Source of the DNA: Deltaproteobacteria bacterium HGW-Deltaproteobacteria-13
Lineage (GTDB): Bacteria > Desulfobacterota > Syntrophia > Syntrophales > Smithellaceae
Direction of reading: 5' to 3'
Length of the DNA stretch: 64,000 nucleotides
Assembly: GCA_002840555.1 (NCBI GenBank)
Contig: PHBJ01000005.1
Span: 303,577-367,576, forward strand
Shown: positions 38,818-48,685 of the stretch, one piece after another
Layout: each line of letters begins with the position of its first letter
How positions within the stretch are numbered: position 1 is the stretch's first letter
Notes under the pieces: model-generated
Seen by the model: the letters and a program-made list of their open reading frames with translations, nothing else
What the model was told of the DNA's origin: nothing
The model's database searches: none
Position numbers and translations under genes: made by a program

Positions 38818-39744
38818 TTAGACGTTAAATTTTCTCGCGTAGGTGACGAACACATCCTCCAGGCTGGGAAGTATCTTCTCGATACTGAAATCATTAAAAC
38901 CTTTTTCCCCCAAAAAAATGCCGAGCGTTTTCTCCAAGGGGAATTCAACGTCTGACAAGATGTGTATATCGCTTCCGAATATCGCCGCCTCATGAATATA
39001 CTCCTGACCGGAGAGAAGATCAAACACCTCGACGAATTTGTTAATCCTTAGAGAATGGACATTGTAAGCAATAGATTTTTTCAAATGATCAGGAGAATCC
39101 AGAGCGATGATCCGGCCGGAGATGAGCAGGGCTATTCTGTTGCAGTGTTCAGCTTCATCCAGGTAATGGGTCGTGACAAATATGGTTTTCCCTTCCTTTG
39201 AAAATCTATAAATGAGTTCCCAGAAATTTCTCCTCATGATGGGATCCACTCCCGATGTCGGCTCGTCAAGAAAAAGCACAGGCGGATCATGGAGTATCGC
39301 CGCGCCGATGGCCAGACGCTGTTTGATACCGATCGGGAGGCTTTGCACCATCTCGTTCTTCTGTCCGCTGATTTCAGCCATATCCAGAACCATGTTCACC
39401 CGTTCCTTTAATTTATTTCCTTCAAGGCCGTAGATGCTGCCGAAGAATTCGAGATTATCCACCACATTAAGATCGTCATAAAGGGCAAACTTCTGAGACA
39501 TGTATCCGATGATACTCTTAATCGCCGTCTGTTCCTTGACGATATCATAACCGGAAACATGGCCGCTGCCGGAAGTGGGGGAAAGAATCCCGCAAAGCAT
39601 TTTTATCGTGGTGCTCTTCCCGGCTCCATTCGGACCTAAGAACCCGAATATCTCTCCCCGGTTGACCTCAAAACTGATATTATCAACCGCGGTAAAATCG
39701 CCGAACTTTCTTGTCAAATTTTCCACTGAAACGGTGGTTTCCAT
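38818..39744 (-). CDS. ABC-2 exporter ATP-binding protein
   Basis: GPNGAGKST, degenerate signature LPIGIKQ, LDEPTSG. Confidence 0.92.
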   Translation of the reverse strand: METTVSVENLTRKFGDFTAVDNISFEVNRGEIFGFLGPNGAGKSTTIKMLCGILSPTSGSGHVSGYDIVKEQTAIKSIIGYMSQKFALYDDLNVVDNLEFFGSIYGLEGNKLKERVNMVLDMAEISGQKNEMVQSLPIGIKQRLAIGAAILHDPPVLFLDEPTSGVDPIMRRNFWELIYRFSKEGKTIFVTTHYLDEAEHCNRIALLISGRIIALDSPDHLKKSIAYNVHSLRINKFVEVFDLLSGQEYIHEAAIFGSDIHILSDVEFPLEKTLGIFLGEKGFNDFSIEKILPSLEDVFVTYARKFNV

Positions 39745-40898
39745 TATTCAAACCCCTTGCTGAATTTCCTCGCACTGATATAAAAGAACAGCACTCCCAG
39801 TAAGGTCATCAATAAAAATTCCATCCACAGTACTTCTATTCCCACTCCCTTCAGGAAGACGGCTCTGGATATCGTAACAAAGTATCTCATGGGATTGATA
39901 TAGGTGATATACTGAATAAACTGGGGCATGGCATATATCGGAAATGCGAAGCCGGAAAAAATTACCGAAGGCAGATAGAACATGAAGGTGGAGAGAATGG
40001 CCTGCTGCTGCGTTTTTGATATGGCCGATATGTAAAGCCCCATGCCTGTGGCGGAAAAGATGAACGCCAGGCTGGCGCACATAAGAAAAAAGACATTTCC
40101 CTTGAAAGGGACATGGAACCATAACATCCCCACGGCTGTCACCATAAATAAAATAATATAGCCCAGGATGACAAACGGAAGCGTCTTGCCGATGATGAGT
40201 TCCATGATGCTGACGGGAGAGACCATAACCTGATCGATGGTGCCCATTTCCTTCTCCTTGACGATGGACATGGAAGTCATGGTGAGGCTCAATGACGATA
40301 CCAGAAGGCAGAGGATACCCGGCAGGAAAAAATTTGTGCTGATCAACTCCGGGTTATACAGGAACCTCTCCTTCAAATCGACACTGCTTTTGATCTTCAC
40401 CACCTTTATTTCTTTGCTCATGGCAAGGGTTCTGATCCTGTTTTTCAAAAATTCCATTGAATAATTTGACGCGATCTCGTTCACATAGGACACAATGACC
40501 GCGGCCCGGCTGGAGTCGGTACCGTCAACAATGATCTGCACCATGGAAATTTTGTCTGACGCTATCCCTTTGGAAAACCCCTTTTCAATCTCAAGGAATA
40601 CCTCTACCTCGCCGGTATCGAGAAGCCGTGAGGCTCCTTTGGCCGACCCGATATAAGCGTGTGGAACAAAATATCCTGAAGAGGTGAATTTATCGATAAG
40701 CGCCCTGCTCTGGCGGGTCTTATCCTGATCGAGGATAGCCATTCGTACTTTATACACATCCGTGCTGATCGCATAGCCGTTGAGAAGAATCAAAACCAGC
40801 GGCGTAATAAAAGTGAGCAGTATCATCCTCGTATCCCGGAAGACCTGTTTAAATTCCTTTTTCAAAAAACTTTTTATTATATTTTTCCGTATAATCAT
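39744..40898 (-). CDS. ABC-2 type permease (YbhR-like)
   Basis: 'KEFKQVFRD', large periplasmic loop, 'KEKEMGTIDQVMVSP'. Confidence 0.9.
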   Translation of the reverse strand: MIIRKNIIKSFLKKEFKQVFRDTRMILLTFITPLVLILLNGYAISTDVYKVRMAILDQDKTRQSRALIDKFTSSGYFVPHAYIGSAKGASRLLDTGEVEVFLEIEKGFSKGIASDKISMVQIIVDGTDSSRAAVIVSYVNEIASNYSMEFLKNRIRTLAMSKEIKVVKIKSSVDLKERFLYNPELISTNFFLPGILCLLVSSLSLTMTSMSIVKEKEMGTIDQVMVSPVSIMELIIGKTLPFVILGYIILFMVTAVGMLWFHVPFKGNVFFLMCASLAFIFSATGMGLYISAISKTQQQAILSTFMFYLPSVIFSGFAFPIYAMPQFIQYITYINPMRYFVTISRAVFLKGVGIEVLWMEFLLMTLLGVLFFYISARKFSKGFE

Positions 40899-42052
40899 TT
40901 ATTTTCCACATCCAGTTTGAAAGAAAGCTTTTTGAGGCTGATCGCAACAACCACGACGGCAAAAAGAACGAGAAATATTATTTGCGACCACATCAGGGTA
41001 AATCCGATCCCTTTCAAAGTGATGCCTTTCATGTAATAAATAAGGTATCGCGCCGGTATGAAATAAGTTATTCCCTGTATAACAGCCGGCATATTCTTGA
41101 TCGGGAATATGTATCCGGACAGGAGAATCGTGGGCATATACGTTACGGTCATCGCAAACTGAACCGCCAGCATCTGGTTTCTTGTGGAAGAGGATATCAA
41201 CAGTCCGAGGCCTGACGTTCCGATCAGAAAAAGAAACGATACGATATAGAGTTCCACAACACTTCCCTTGATCGGCATATCAAAGATGAAATGGCCTGCC
41301 GATACCGTGACAACGACATCAAAAAGGACGATAAAAATGTACGGAATCAGCTTGCCGAAAAATATTTCGTACTTTCTGACCGGCGTCGTGATCAGGGTTT
41401 CCATGGTCCCCCTCTCCCACTCTTTGGCGATGGTCAGCGACGTGATGAGCGAGGAGATGATGGCCATGATGACAACAATGGTACCGGCAACAATAAAGTT
41501 TTTGCTCTTCAATTGGGGGTTGTACCAAATCCTGGTGCGGACATCGACGGGAACCCGGAGATCTGAAATGCCGGCGTTACTGAGCACTTTAAAGGTCAGA
41601 TTCTTGTTGAATTCATACATGATCATTTTAACATACCCGGCGGCAACCAGTGCGGAATTAGGATCGGAGCCGTCAACAAGAAGTTGTGCGTCAGCCTTCT
41701 TGCCGGCAAGATACATTTTCTCAAATCCGGGCGGTATGACAATCGCCAGAATAATCTTTCCCTTATCCAGCAGGCTGTCTATCTCCTTCTGACTGTTTAC
41801 ATATTTATATATTGATATATATTCGGTATGAGAGAATTTTTCGATGAGGCTGCGGGACATCGGCGTTCTGTCCTGATCATACACGGCGGTTTTAACATGC
41901 GTCACATCCATGGAGAGCGCATAGCCGAAGAGGAACAGCATAATAATAGGAAGACCGATGGAAAGCAGCAGGCTTCTGGCATCCCGTCTGATATGCACCC
42001 ATTCTTTCTCGGCAATCGCTAAAATTCTAAATAAAGAATGGAAATGCATCAC
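40895..42052 (-). CDS. ABC-2 type permease (YbhS-like)
   Basis: 'KEWVHIRRD', 'YNPQL', 'KEWERGTMETL..TP'. Confidence 0.9.
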   Translation of the reverse strand: MMHFHSLFRILAIAEKEWVHIRRDARSLLLSIGLPIIMLFLFGYALSMDVTHVKTAVYDQDRTPMSRSLIEKFSHTEYISIYKYVNSQKEIDSLLDKGKIILAIVIPPGFEKMYLAGKKADAQLLVDGSDPNSALVAAGYVKMIMYEFNKNLTFKVLSNAGISDLRVPVDVRTRIWYNPQLKSKNFIVAGTIVVIMAIISSLITSLTIAKEWERGTMETLITTPVRKYEIFFGKLIPYIFIVLFDVVVTVSAGHFIFDMPIKGSVVELYIVSFLFLIGTSGLGLLISSSTRNQMLAVQFAMTVTYMPTILLSGYIFPIKNMPAVIQGITYFIPARYLIYYMKGITLKGIGFTLMWSQIIFLVLFAVVVVAISLKKLSFKLDVENK

Positions 42053-42963
42053 GCCCCCTTGACCACGATTTCAACAAAACAATCTTCCAGCGAAGGCAGT
42101 TTTTCTTCTATCGATAAAATACCAATTCCATGCTTTTCCAATATCGACGGAATGAACCGCTTCGCCTTCTGAACATCATCAACAAACAATCTGAGCGACT
42201 TACCGGTAAGAATGACCCCCTTGAATTCATCCACTTCTTTGAGCAGCATTTCACTGAGCAGCGGATTCGTCGTGGCCAATTCAATAAATATTCCTTTCAT
42301 GGAATTCTTGACTTCCTGCGGAGTGCCGCCGGCAATAAACCTGCCTCCATACATCATGGCGATGCGGTTGCATCTTTCGGCCTCATCCAGATAGGAGGTG
42401 GAAACGACAATCGTTACGCCTTCCGCCAGAAGATCGTACAGTATTTTCCAGAACTCCCTTCTGGACACCGGATCAACACCGTTTGTAGGCTCGTCAAGAA
42501 GAATGATCTCCGGGCTGTGCACGAGACAGCAGGCCAGACCGAGTTTTTGTTTCATTCCACCCGAGAGATTTCCCGCCAGCCTGTCCTTAAAAGGTTCCAG
42601 CCTGCTGAATTCATACAGACGATTTTCCTTTTTCCGGATATCTTTTTTGGACAGTCCGAAAAGTCTTCCGAAAAAATAAATATTTTCTTCAACGGTCAGG
42701 TCCTCATACAGACCAAACTTTTGAGGCATATAGGCAAGATTTTCCTTGATGGCATAAGGGTGGTCGTGGATATTGACATCTTTGATCAGGACACTGCCGC
42801 TGTCGGGTTCCAGGATAGTGGACATGAGCCGCAGGAGTGTGCTCTTTCCGGCGCCGTCCGGCCCGACAATGCCGTAAATTTCACCCTTGTTTATTGTAAA
42901 GCTAAGTGCGGAGACGGCTTCGTTACTTCCAAAGTGTTTTGTCAGATTGACAACATTAATCAC
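42049..42963 (-). CDS. ABC-2 exporter ATP-binding protein
   Basis: GPDGAGKST, LSGGMKQ, LDEPTNG. Confidence 0.93.
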   Translation of the reverse strand: MINVVNLTKHFGSNEAVSALSFTINKGEIYGIVGPDGAGKSTLLRLMSTILEPDSGSVLIKDVNIHDHPYAIKENLAYMPQKFGLYEDLTVEENIYFFGRLFGLSKKDIRKKENRLYEFSRLEPFKDRLAGNLSGGMKQKLGLACCLVHSPEIILLDEPTNGVDPVSRREFWKILYDLLAEGVTIVVSTSYLDEAERCNRIAMMYGGRFIAGGTPQEVKNSMKGIFIELATTNPLLSEMLLKEVDEFKGVILTGKSLRLFVDDVQKAKRFIPSILEKHGIGILSIEEKLPSLEDCFVEIVVKGA

Positions 42964-43763
42964 TTTTCCTTCTCCAGAAGAATCGTCGCGTCCGCAGGCA
43001 TGCCCGGCTTTAGTTCCATCCCGGGATTCTCAACCGCAATCTTCACGGCATACATCAACTTGACCCTCTCATCCTTTGTCTGGATGGTTCGCGGAGTAAA
43101 TTCCGCTTTATTGGAAATAAGTGTAACCACACCGGGGAATTTTTTGCCGGGGATACTGTCTATCTTCACATAGGCTTTCTGACCCAATTTAACCAATCCC
43201 AGTTTCTTTTCATCGATATAAATATTGATCCACGGTTTTTTTAAATCGGCCAGCGTAATGATCGCCGACCCCGGAAAAGCCATTTCTCCGATTTCCAGAT
43301 TTTTCTCGAGCACGACGCCGTCAATCGGCGAATTGATTACCGCACTGTCTATCGTGGCTGAAACAAGATTGACGTTTGCATGGGACACCTTCGCCGCCAT
43401 CTCGGCGTTCTCCAGCTCCCTGTCGGAAACAACCCCTTTCTTAAACAGCTGCCGCATTCTTTCCAGATTCTTCTCGGTATTGGAAAAATTAGCCATGGCT
43501 GATGAATGCTGAGCTCTGAGCTCATCATAATTAAGCTGTACGACGAGATCACCTTTTTTCACCGCGCTTCCCTCGCTTACCGGGAGGATTAACACCCTTC
43601 CCGCAACTTTGGAGCTTATCTCTATTTCGGTAACCTCGATGGTGCCGGAACCTTCGATCTTCAATTTATCGTCACCCAGATACCTGAACACATCGAAGTA
43701 CATAGCTGATACAATAACCGCCAATGCAACTATCGCTATCGGCAAAAATTTTTTTATGTTCAT
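42960..43763 (-). CDS. HlyD-family periplasmic adaptor (YbhG-like)
   Basis: 'SGTIEVTEIEISSKVAGRV', 'INSPIDGVV', 'AEFTPRTIQTKDER', 'LKPGMPAD'. Confidence 0.92.
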   Translation of the reverse strand: MNIKKFLPIAIVALAVIVSAMYFDVFRYLGDDKLKIEGSGTIEVTEIEISSKVAGRVLILPVSEGSAVKKGDLVVQLNYDELRAQHSSAMANFSNTEKNLERMRQLFKKGVVSDRELENAEMAAKVSHANVNLVSATIDSAVINSPIDGVVLEKNLEIGEMAFPGSAIITLADLKKPWINIYIDEKKLGLVKLGQKAYVKIDSIPGKKFPGVVTLISNKAEFTPRTIQTKDERVKLMYAVKIAVENPGMELKPGMPADATILLEKEK

Positions 43764-43922
43764 TTCCTTTCTCCCCTGAAATTAATACTTAATTTCATCC
43801 CGTTTCATTTATATTAAAATATAAACTCCTGATACTTCCGCAGGCATATCCATTAACAGACATCCCCGGCGTCAAACACGGCCATGCCATTCAAGGCCCC
43901 CCTGCAACCGAACAAGTGATGT

Positions 43923-45848
43923 CTATTTGAGCGAAGCAAGGGTCTCCTTGTATATTTTCCATTCGCCGTTTACTTTTTTCAGCTTCAATTTCTTCCCGGT
44001 TTTATCTTTCATTAACGGGGAACTGTAGTATTGGGTAAAAACCGCCTCCGCAACGGACTTCTTTTCATCCGATGATATTTTCAAATTTTCAATGCGGATG
44101 CTTATGTCTTTATTTTTCTGGTGAACCTTAGTTTTGTGAGCCACCCAGGCGTTCAAGTCCATTCTTTTGGAATGAAAATCAGCGGCATAACAGTCGCGGT
44201 AAGCTTTCATATCGCCAGACTGCCAACCGGCCAGCCATTTACCCACCAGATTTTTGACATCTTCTTCGGGAATGGATTTCTTCGTGCTTTGTCCAACACG
44301 GACCGGGGCCGACTTTTCGGTGACAGCGGGTACGGCAACCTGCGCGGCGCTGTTATTTGTCTGTTTGCTTTCCGGCAGCGCACTGTCGGATGTCCCGTGG
44401 CTTACTTCTTCCGTCCTGGGACCTGCTTTGTCCGTCGTAATATTGCCTTCGCCTGCCTTAATATTCCCTTCATCTTTCTTCGGTTTTTCTTCATCCGTTC
44501 CCCGGATGATTCCCATGGCTTTCTGCAGTTTGGCGTAATTTATATTGTAATCTCCCAGCGCATTGGCGTATTCCGATTTTGCTCTGGTTAAAAGCGTCTG
44601 CGCTTCGAGAACATCCGTGGACGTAGAAATTCTTTCCTTGTATCTTTCTTCGGAAATGCGGAAATTTTCCTGGGCCTGCTCGATGACTTTCTGTGAAACA
44701 AGAATTTGATTTTCTGTTTCCTGAAGTTTCAGGTAAGCATTGGCTACATCTAAAGTAACCATGTCATTTAATTCTTTGGATGATTCTATCGCCTGATTTT
44801 CTCTGGCCTTGCTGGCATCGACTCTGAATTTCGTTTTACCCCATTCCCAGAAATTCCAGCTGGCCACCGCCATAACATACCAGGTTTCCATATCTTTATA
44901 GTCGGAGCCGGAAACAGACGCGTCATCGCCAAATCTTGTGTAATTACCGACGACGCTCAAAGAGGGGAGAAAATCACTCTGCGCGGCGCGTACCAATTTA
45001 CCCGCCTGCCTGGCCTTCAGCGCTGATACTTTCAGCTCCGGCCTTGACTCTCTGGCAATATCCAGACAAGATTCGAACGATCGGTTAAGCTTATGATAAT
45101 TTAAAATATCCACAATCTCCAGGGGGGTGGATATATTTCGTCTTAAAACCTTATTCAAATTGTATTTAGCCAGTTCCAGCGTGTTTTGAGCCACGATGAG
45201 AGCCTGTTTGCCGTTAGCCAGTTCGACTTCAGTGTGCAGCAAATCATTTTTGGGAATCATGCCTACCTTGAAATAATTTTCAGCGATATCGCGATGAGCG
45301 CTGAGCATCTCAACCGACTGTTGTGTCGCTTCCTGAATTTTCTGCGCCCGCAGCACATTGAAATAAGCGACTTGCACTTCCAGTACCACATCCTGAATTT
45401 TCGCCTTTTCTTCCATACGGGCGGCATCCTCGCCGATGCTGCTGGCCTGATAATTAGCCCAGATACCTCCGCCGGCAAATAACGGTTGTTTGGCTTCAAT
45501 GACCCAGTTGTAATTATCGGCGGTACCGGCAGGAATTTCCTTACCGTCGAGCATACTCAGGGGAGGACCAAAGGATGACAAACCGGTAAACCTGGAAAAC
45601 GGCGCTTCGCTCAAGCGAGTGTAACTGTAGGACGTACTGAACTTGGGCAGAAATCCGGTCAAGGCCTCTCTTTTCTGAGCGGTAGCGCCTTTCAAACCTT
45701 CTTTCGCAATATTCAAAGTGATACTGTTTCTCAAAGCGATGTTAATGCTCTCGTCCAAAGTCAACGGTTCTCCGGCAAAAACAACCTGCGTAAAAAATGC
45801 AACTGTTAAAATCGTTAAAACAATGATCCGCCAATTTTTACTAATCAT
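43923..45848 (-). CDS. TolC-family outer-membrane channel with low-complexity linker and an extra C-terminal NTF2-like domain
   Basis: About 450 aa OEP repeat region ('ISTSTDVLEAQ'), then a K/E/S/A/P-rich linker, then about 105 aa 'W.AGWQSGD..AY.DCYA.DF...W...K...F.Q.Y.S.....K.L.L.K.NGEWKI..E'. Confidence 0.85.
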   Translation of the reverse strand: MISKNWRIIVLTILTVAFFTQVVFAGEPLTLDESINIALRNSITLNIAKEGLKGATAQKREALTGFLPKFSTSYSYTRLSEAPFSRFTGLSSFGPPLSMLDGKEIPAGTADNYNWVIEAKQPLFAGGGIWANYQASSIGEDAARMEEKAKIQDVVLEVQVAYFNVLRAQKIQEATQQSVEMLSAHRDIAENYFKVGMIPKNDLLHTEVELANGKQALIVAQNTLELAKYNLNKVLRRNISTPLEIVDILNYHKLNRSFESCLDIARESRPELKVSALKARQAGKLVRAAQSDFLPSLSVVGNYTRFGDDASVSGSDYKDMETWYVMAVASWNFWEWGKTKFRVDASKARENQAIESSKELNDMVTLDVANAYLKLQETENQILVSQKVIEQAQENFRISEERYKERISTSTDVLEAQTLLTRAKSEYANALGDYNINYAKLQKAMGIIRGTDEEKPKKDEGNIKAGEGNITTDKAGPRTEEVSHGTSDSALPESKQTNNSAAQVAVPAVTEKSAPVRVGQSTKKSIPEEDVKNLVGKWLAGWQSGDMKAYRDCYAADFHSKRMDLNAWVAHKTKVHQKNKDISIRIENLKISSDEKKSVAEAVFTQYYSSPLMKDKTGKKLKLKKVNGEWKIYKETLASLK

Positions 45849-46479
45849 TTTTTTTCACCCCATATAAAAAAATATCCATAATAAATTTCTTTCTGGAAAG
45901 CAGAGACTCCTTCGTCGACTTTATCATCCATGTCACGGATGATGCTCTGATCAGGTAAAATAATGCCTCTGCCATATCACGAGGCGGCAGGCTGCGTAAC
46001 AAACCCCGATCCACGCCGTCTTTTAATAAATTTTCAATGAATGTTATGTGATCATAATAACCATAAGCAAGCTTCTTGTTTAATGATTCCATATCTTCCG
46101 ATGAAGATGTTTTTTCACCTTTTATGAATAAAAGAAGGAAATTTGTGTTCTTTTCGACAAATTGCAAATGTGCATCAATCAGCATTTCAATCTTTTCGAT
46201 TACATCTGCGGCGGCAGCCGGCGCTTTTCTGACTTCAGCGTACATTAAATCGAGTTTTTCGCTGATCATCGTCGTGTAAAGATTTTCCTTGCCTTCAAAA
46301 AACTGATAAAGCGAACCGATAGAAAAACCCGAGGCAGCGGCAATCTCCGCCATCGTAACGTTATGAAAACCTTTCGTGGCAAATATCTTTTCCGCCTGTT
46401 CCAGGATTTGCGCCCGTCGCGCGTTATATTCGCGCTCTTTTCGTTCCAGTCTTTCCATCAGCGAAGTAAGCCCTTGCAT
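45841..46479 (-). CDS. TetR/AcrR family transcriptional regulator (start may be 46458)
   Basis: 'ILEQAEKIFATKGFHNVTMAEIAAASGFSIGSLYQFFEGKENL'. Confidence 0.93.
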   Translation of the reverse strand: MQGLTSLMERLERKEREYNARRAQILEQAEKIFATKGFHNVTMAEIAAASGFSIGSLYQFFEGKENLYTTMISEKLDLMYAEVRKAPAAAADVIEKIEMLIDAHLQFVEKNTNFLLLFIKGEKTSSSEDMESLNKKLAYGYYDHITFIENLLKDGVDRGLLRSLPPRDMAEALFYLIRASSVTWMIKSTKESLLSRKKFIMDIFLYGVKKND

Positions 46480-46481
46480 AT

Positions 46482-46517
46482 TTGAATATATATTCTAGAT
46501 CTTGAATGAGTATTCAA
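46482..46517. promoter_or_regulatory. Two tandem 16-bp palindromes, probable TetR operators
   Basis: TTGAATATATATTCTA (46482-46497) and TTGAATGAGTATTCAA (46502-46517) directly upstream of tetR. Confidence 0.65.
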
Positions 46518-46808
46518 AATATAGAATATTTATTATTTGTCAAGAAAAATATTTAGAGATGAAAACATTTTATAAAGGATATGCTATTAAATATTTTATT
46601 CGATTTTTTTAAAAAATTTAACGTTTCTTTCAATATTAAATAATTAAATGAACATATTTAAATCTGACAGAAATAAGATCTAATAAATTTAGTGTTCAAT
46701 ATCATATACTTATAACTTTAATGGTCTCTCGGGGCAATTTGGCACACTTATTTCATAGTAAAAGACAGAAAAGTTATTAAGATTGGACGTAAAGGAGAGA
46801 TAAAAGTT

Positions 46809-47084
46809 ATGAAAAAAATATTGCACACAACACTTTTAACGGCTTTCGTAATATTGGTAACAGCATCTTTCAGCTATGCCCAATTCAGCGTTACCGGAAA
46901 TGATAATTTTCCTTTCTTTCATCTTGGTTGTTTAATTGTTGGCGGATTGATTATCGTTTCCCTGAAAAGAAAATATAGTAAATTATATATGAGCGAAGCC
47001 ATTGGGTCATTTGCCCTTTACACTGTTATGGTTTCTATTTTTACCGCACCAGTGGTTGATGCTCTCAAAAATTTAATTAATTAA
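46809..47084 (+). CDS. Small membrane protein of unknown function
   Basis: AGGAG RBS, signal-like N-terminus, two further hydrophobic segments, terminator downstream. Confidence 0.65.
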   Translation: MKKILHTTLLTAFVILVTASFSYAQFSVTGNDNFPFFHLGCLIVGGLIIVSLKRKYSKLYMSEAIGSFALYTVMVSIFTAPVVDALKNLIN

Positions 47085-47123
47085 ACCCTTCCCCCCACTT
47101 CTCTTCAAATAGTTGTCACCTCA

Positions 47124-47151
47124 AGAACCCCGTACTCTCCTACGGGGTTCT
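47124..47151 (+). terminator. Hairpin terminator
   Basis: agaaccccgta-ctctcc-tacggggttct, an 11-bp perfect stem. Confidence 0.65.
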
Positions 47152-47435
47152 CCTTATTATCAGCTCTTTAAAAATTCTAAAAGCGACCAACATCGCGACA
47201 GGATCTTCCCGCAAACAACTTTATCAACCCCTGACGCTTTGCGGTCAATTTATCATTGACATAAAATGTTGTTTTCCCTAGACTTCTTCTAATGAAAAGC
47301 AAGTTCTTATTAAAAGAGATACTGTGTTGATAATACCCTCACTGGGAAATATTCAGAAATATTTGGATTGCAAGGCGCTTGCGGTACGAAGGTTATAACT
47401 CTTAAGGGATTTACTTCATCATAAGGATAGGGTTA

Positions 47436-48626
47436 ATGAATACCAGATATCGGAGACCCGTTTCATCAGGTGAACGCTTGTGGCTGGCGGTGGATAGCAT
47501 ATCTCCACCGTTTGTGAATCAGATGGTTTTGGAAGGCACGGGAACCTTTGATTTTGAGCGACTCTATGATGCCGTGGCCATGGCATCGGAGGCGAATCCC
47601 GGATGCAGATTGATCATAAAAGGAGCTCTGCGGAGCTGTTACTGGCTGGATTCAGGTGTAACACCACTGCTGCGCAGGATAAGCGATGCAACGTGGGATG
47701 GGTATAGTCAGGATAACGCGCCATTTTTAAACGATAGATTACCGTGTGATGGTCCAACATGCGAGGTCCTCTGGGTGGAGGGACCTAAGCAGCGTCTCAT
47801 CTTCAGATCCCACCACGGTGCTATGGATGGCCGCGGTTGTATGATATGGGCGGAAGATGTTTTTAGAGCCTTGCGGGGAGAGGAACTTCCGGGCTCGCGT
47901 TCAAACATTTCCAAGCTGGATATTATGACCGGCATCACTGATCAGACCAGGAAGCCGCGTCCCGTTAAATGTATAGCACCCACAGGGAAAGACCGGCCCG
48001 GATCACCGGGAGTAACGTGGAAGCGTCTGAGCGTTACCGGCAAGTTTCACAGGCTGTTGGGAAAAGTGGGATGGGCTTTAGCGCAAAGCGCCTGGCAGTA
48101 TGATGAAGGTCCGGTACGCTTCCTGGTACCCGTGGATCTGAGGTCCAGGCAGCCGGGCGTGCTCTCAACCGGCAACTTGAATGCTGCGCTTTATCTTGAT
48201 GTTACCAGAGAGTCCAGTCCGGATTCCATAACGCAGGATATTTTGAAACAACTCGAAAACAAGAATGATTGCATGCGTGTGGAGGGTGAAAACTTCTACG
48301 ATATGATTCCGCTGAAAGTGATAGGGATCGGGTTGAAAATGATTTCCAGATCGAGTCATACCCAGGGACGTTACAATTTGTCCGGGGTGATCTCCAATCT
48401 GGGGAGAATAGATACCACAAAGTTTTGCAGCAGCGGATTTCGTACGGATACGGTCTTTTTCATACCGCCGAAATCAGATATCATTCCGGCTTTCATCACT
48501 CTTACCGGCTGCACAGGCGTGGAAGAAATATGCGTATCCGTGCCCAATGGCCTTGGCAGCGAGAACCGTTTTGAGCGTTTATTGCAGGACATCCGCCTGG
48601 CAGTTTCCCCGGATGCGGTTAGATAG
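47436..48626 (+). CDS. Stand-alone condensation-fold acyltransferase (paralog 4)
   Basis: 'SHHGAMDGRG', 'VPVDLR', 'ISNLGR'. Aligns end to end with paralogs 1 and 3. Confidence 0.75.
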   Translation: MNTRYRRPVSSGERLWLAVDSISPPFVNQMVLEGTGTFDFERLYDAVAMASEANPGCRLIIKGALRSCYWLDSGVTPLLRRISDATWDGYSQDNAPFLNDRLPCDGPTCEVLWVEGPKQRLIFRSHHGAMDGRGCMIWAEDVFRALRGEELPGSRSNISKLDIMTGITDQTRKPRPVKCIAPTGKDRPGSPGVTWKRLSVTGKFHRLLGKVGWALAQSAWQYDEGPVRFLVPVDLRSRQPGVLSTGNLNAALYLDVTRESSPDSITQDILKQLENKNDCMRVEGENFYDMIPLKVIGIGLKMISRSSHTQGRYNLSGVISNLGRIDTTKFCSSGFRTDTVFFIPPKSDIIPAFITLTGCTGVEEICVSVPNGLGSENRFERLLQDIRLAVSPDAVR

Positions 48627-48685
48627 AAAGTTATTCCCTGCCGTCACCCCCTGTATGCTTTTATCTGCTGTCCGAGACTCGTATC

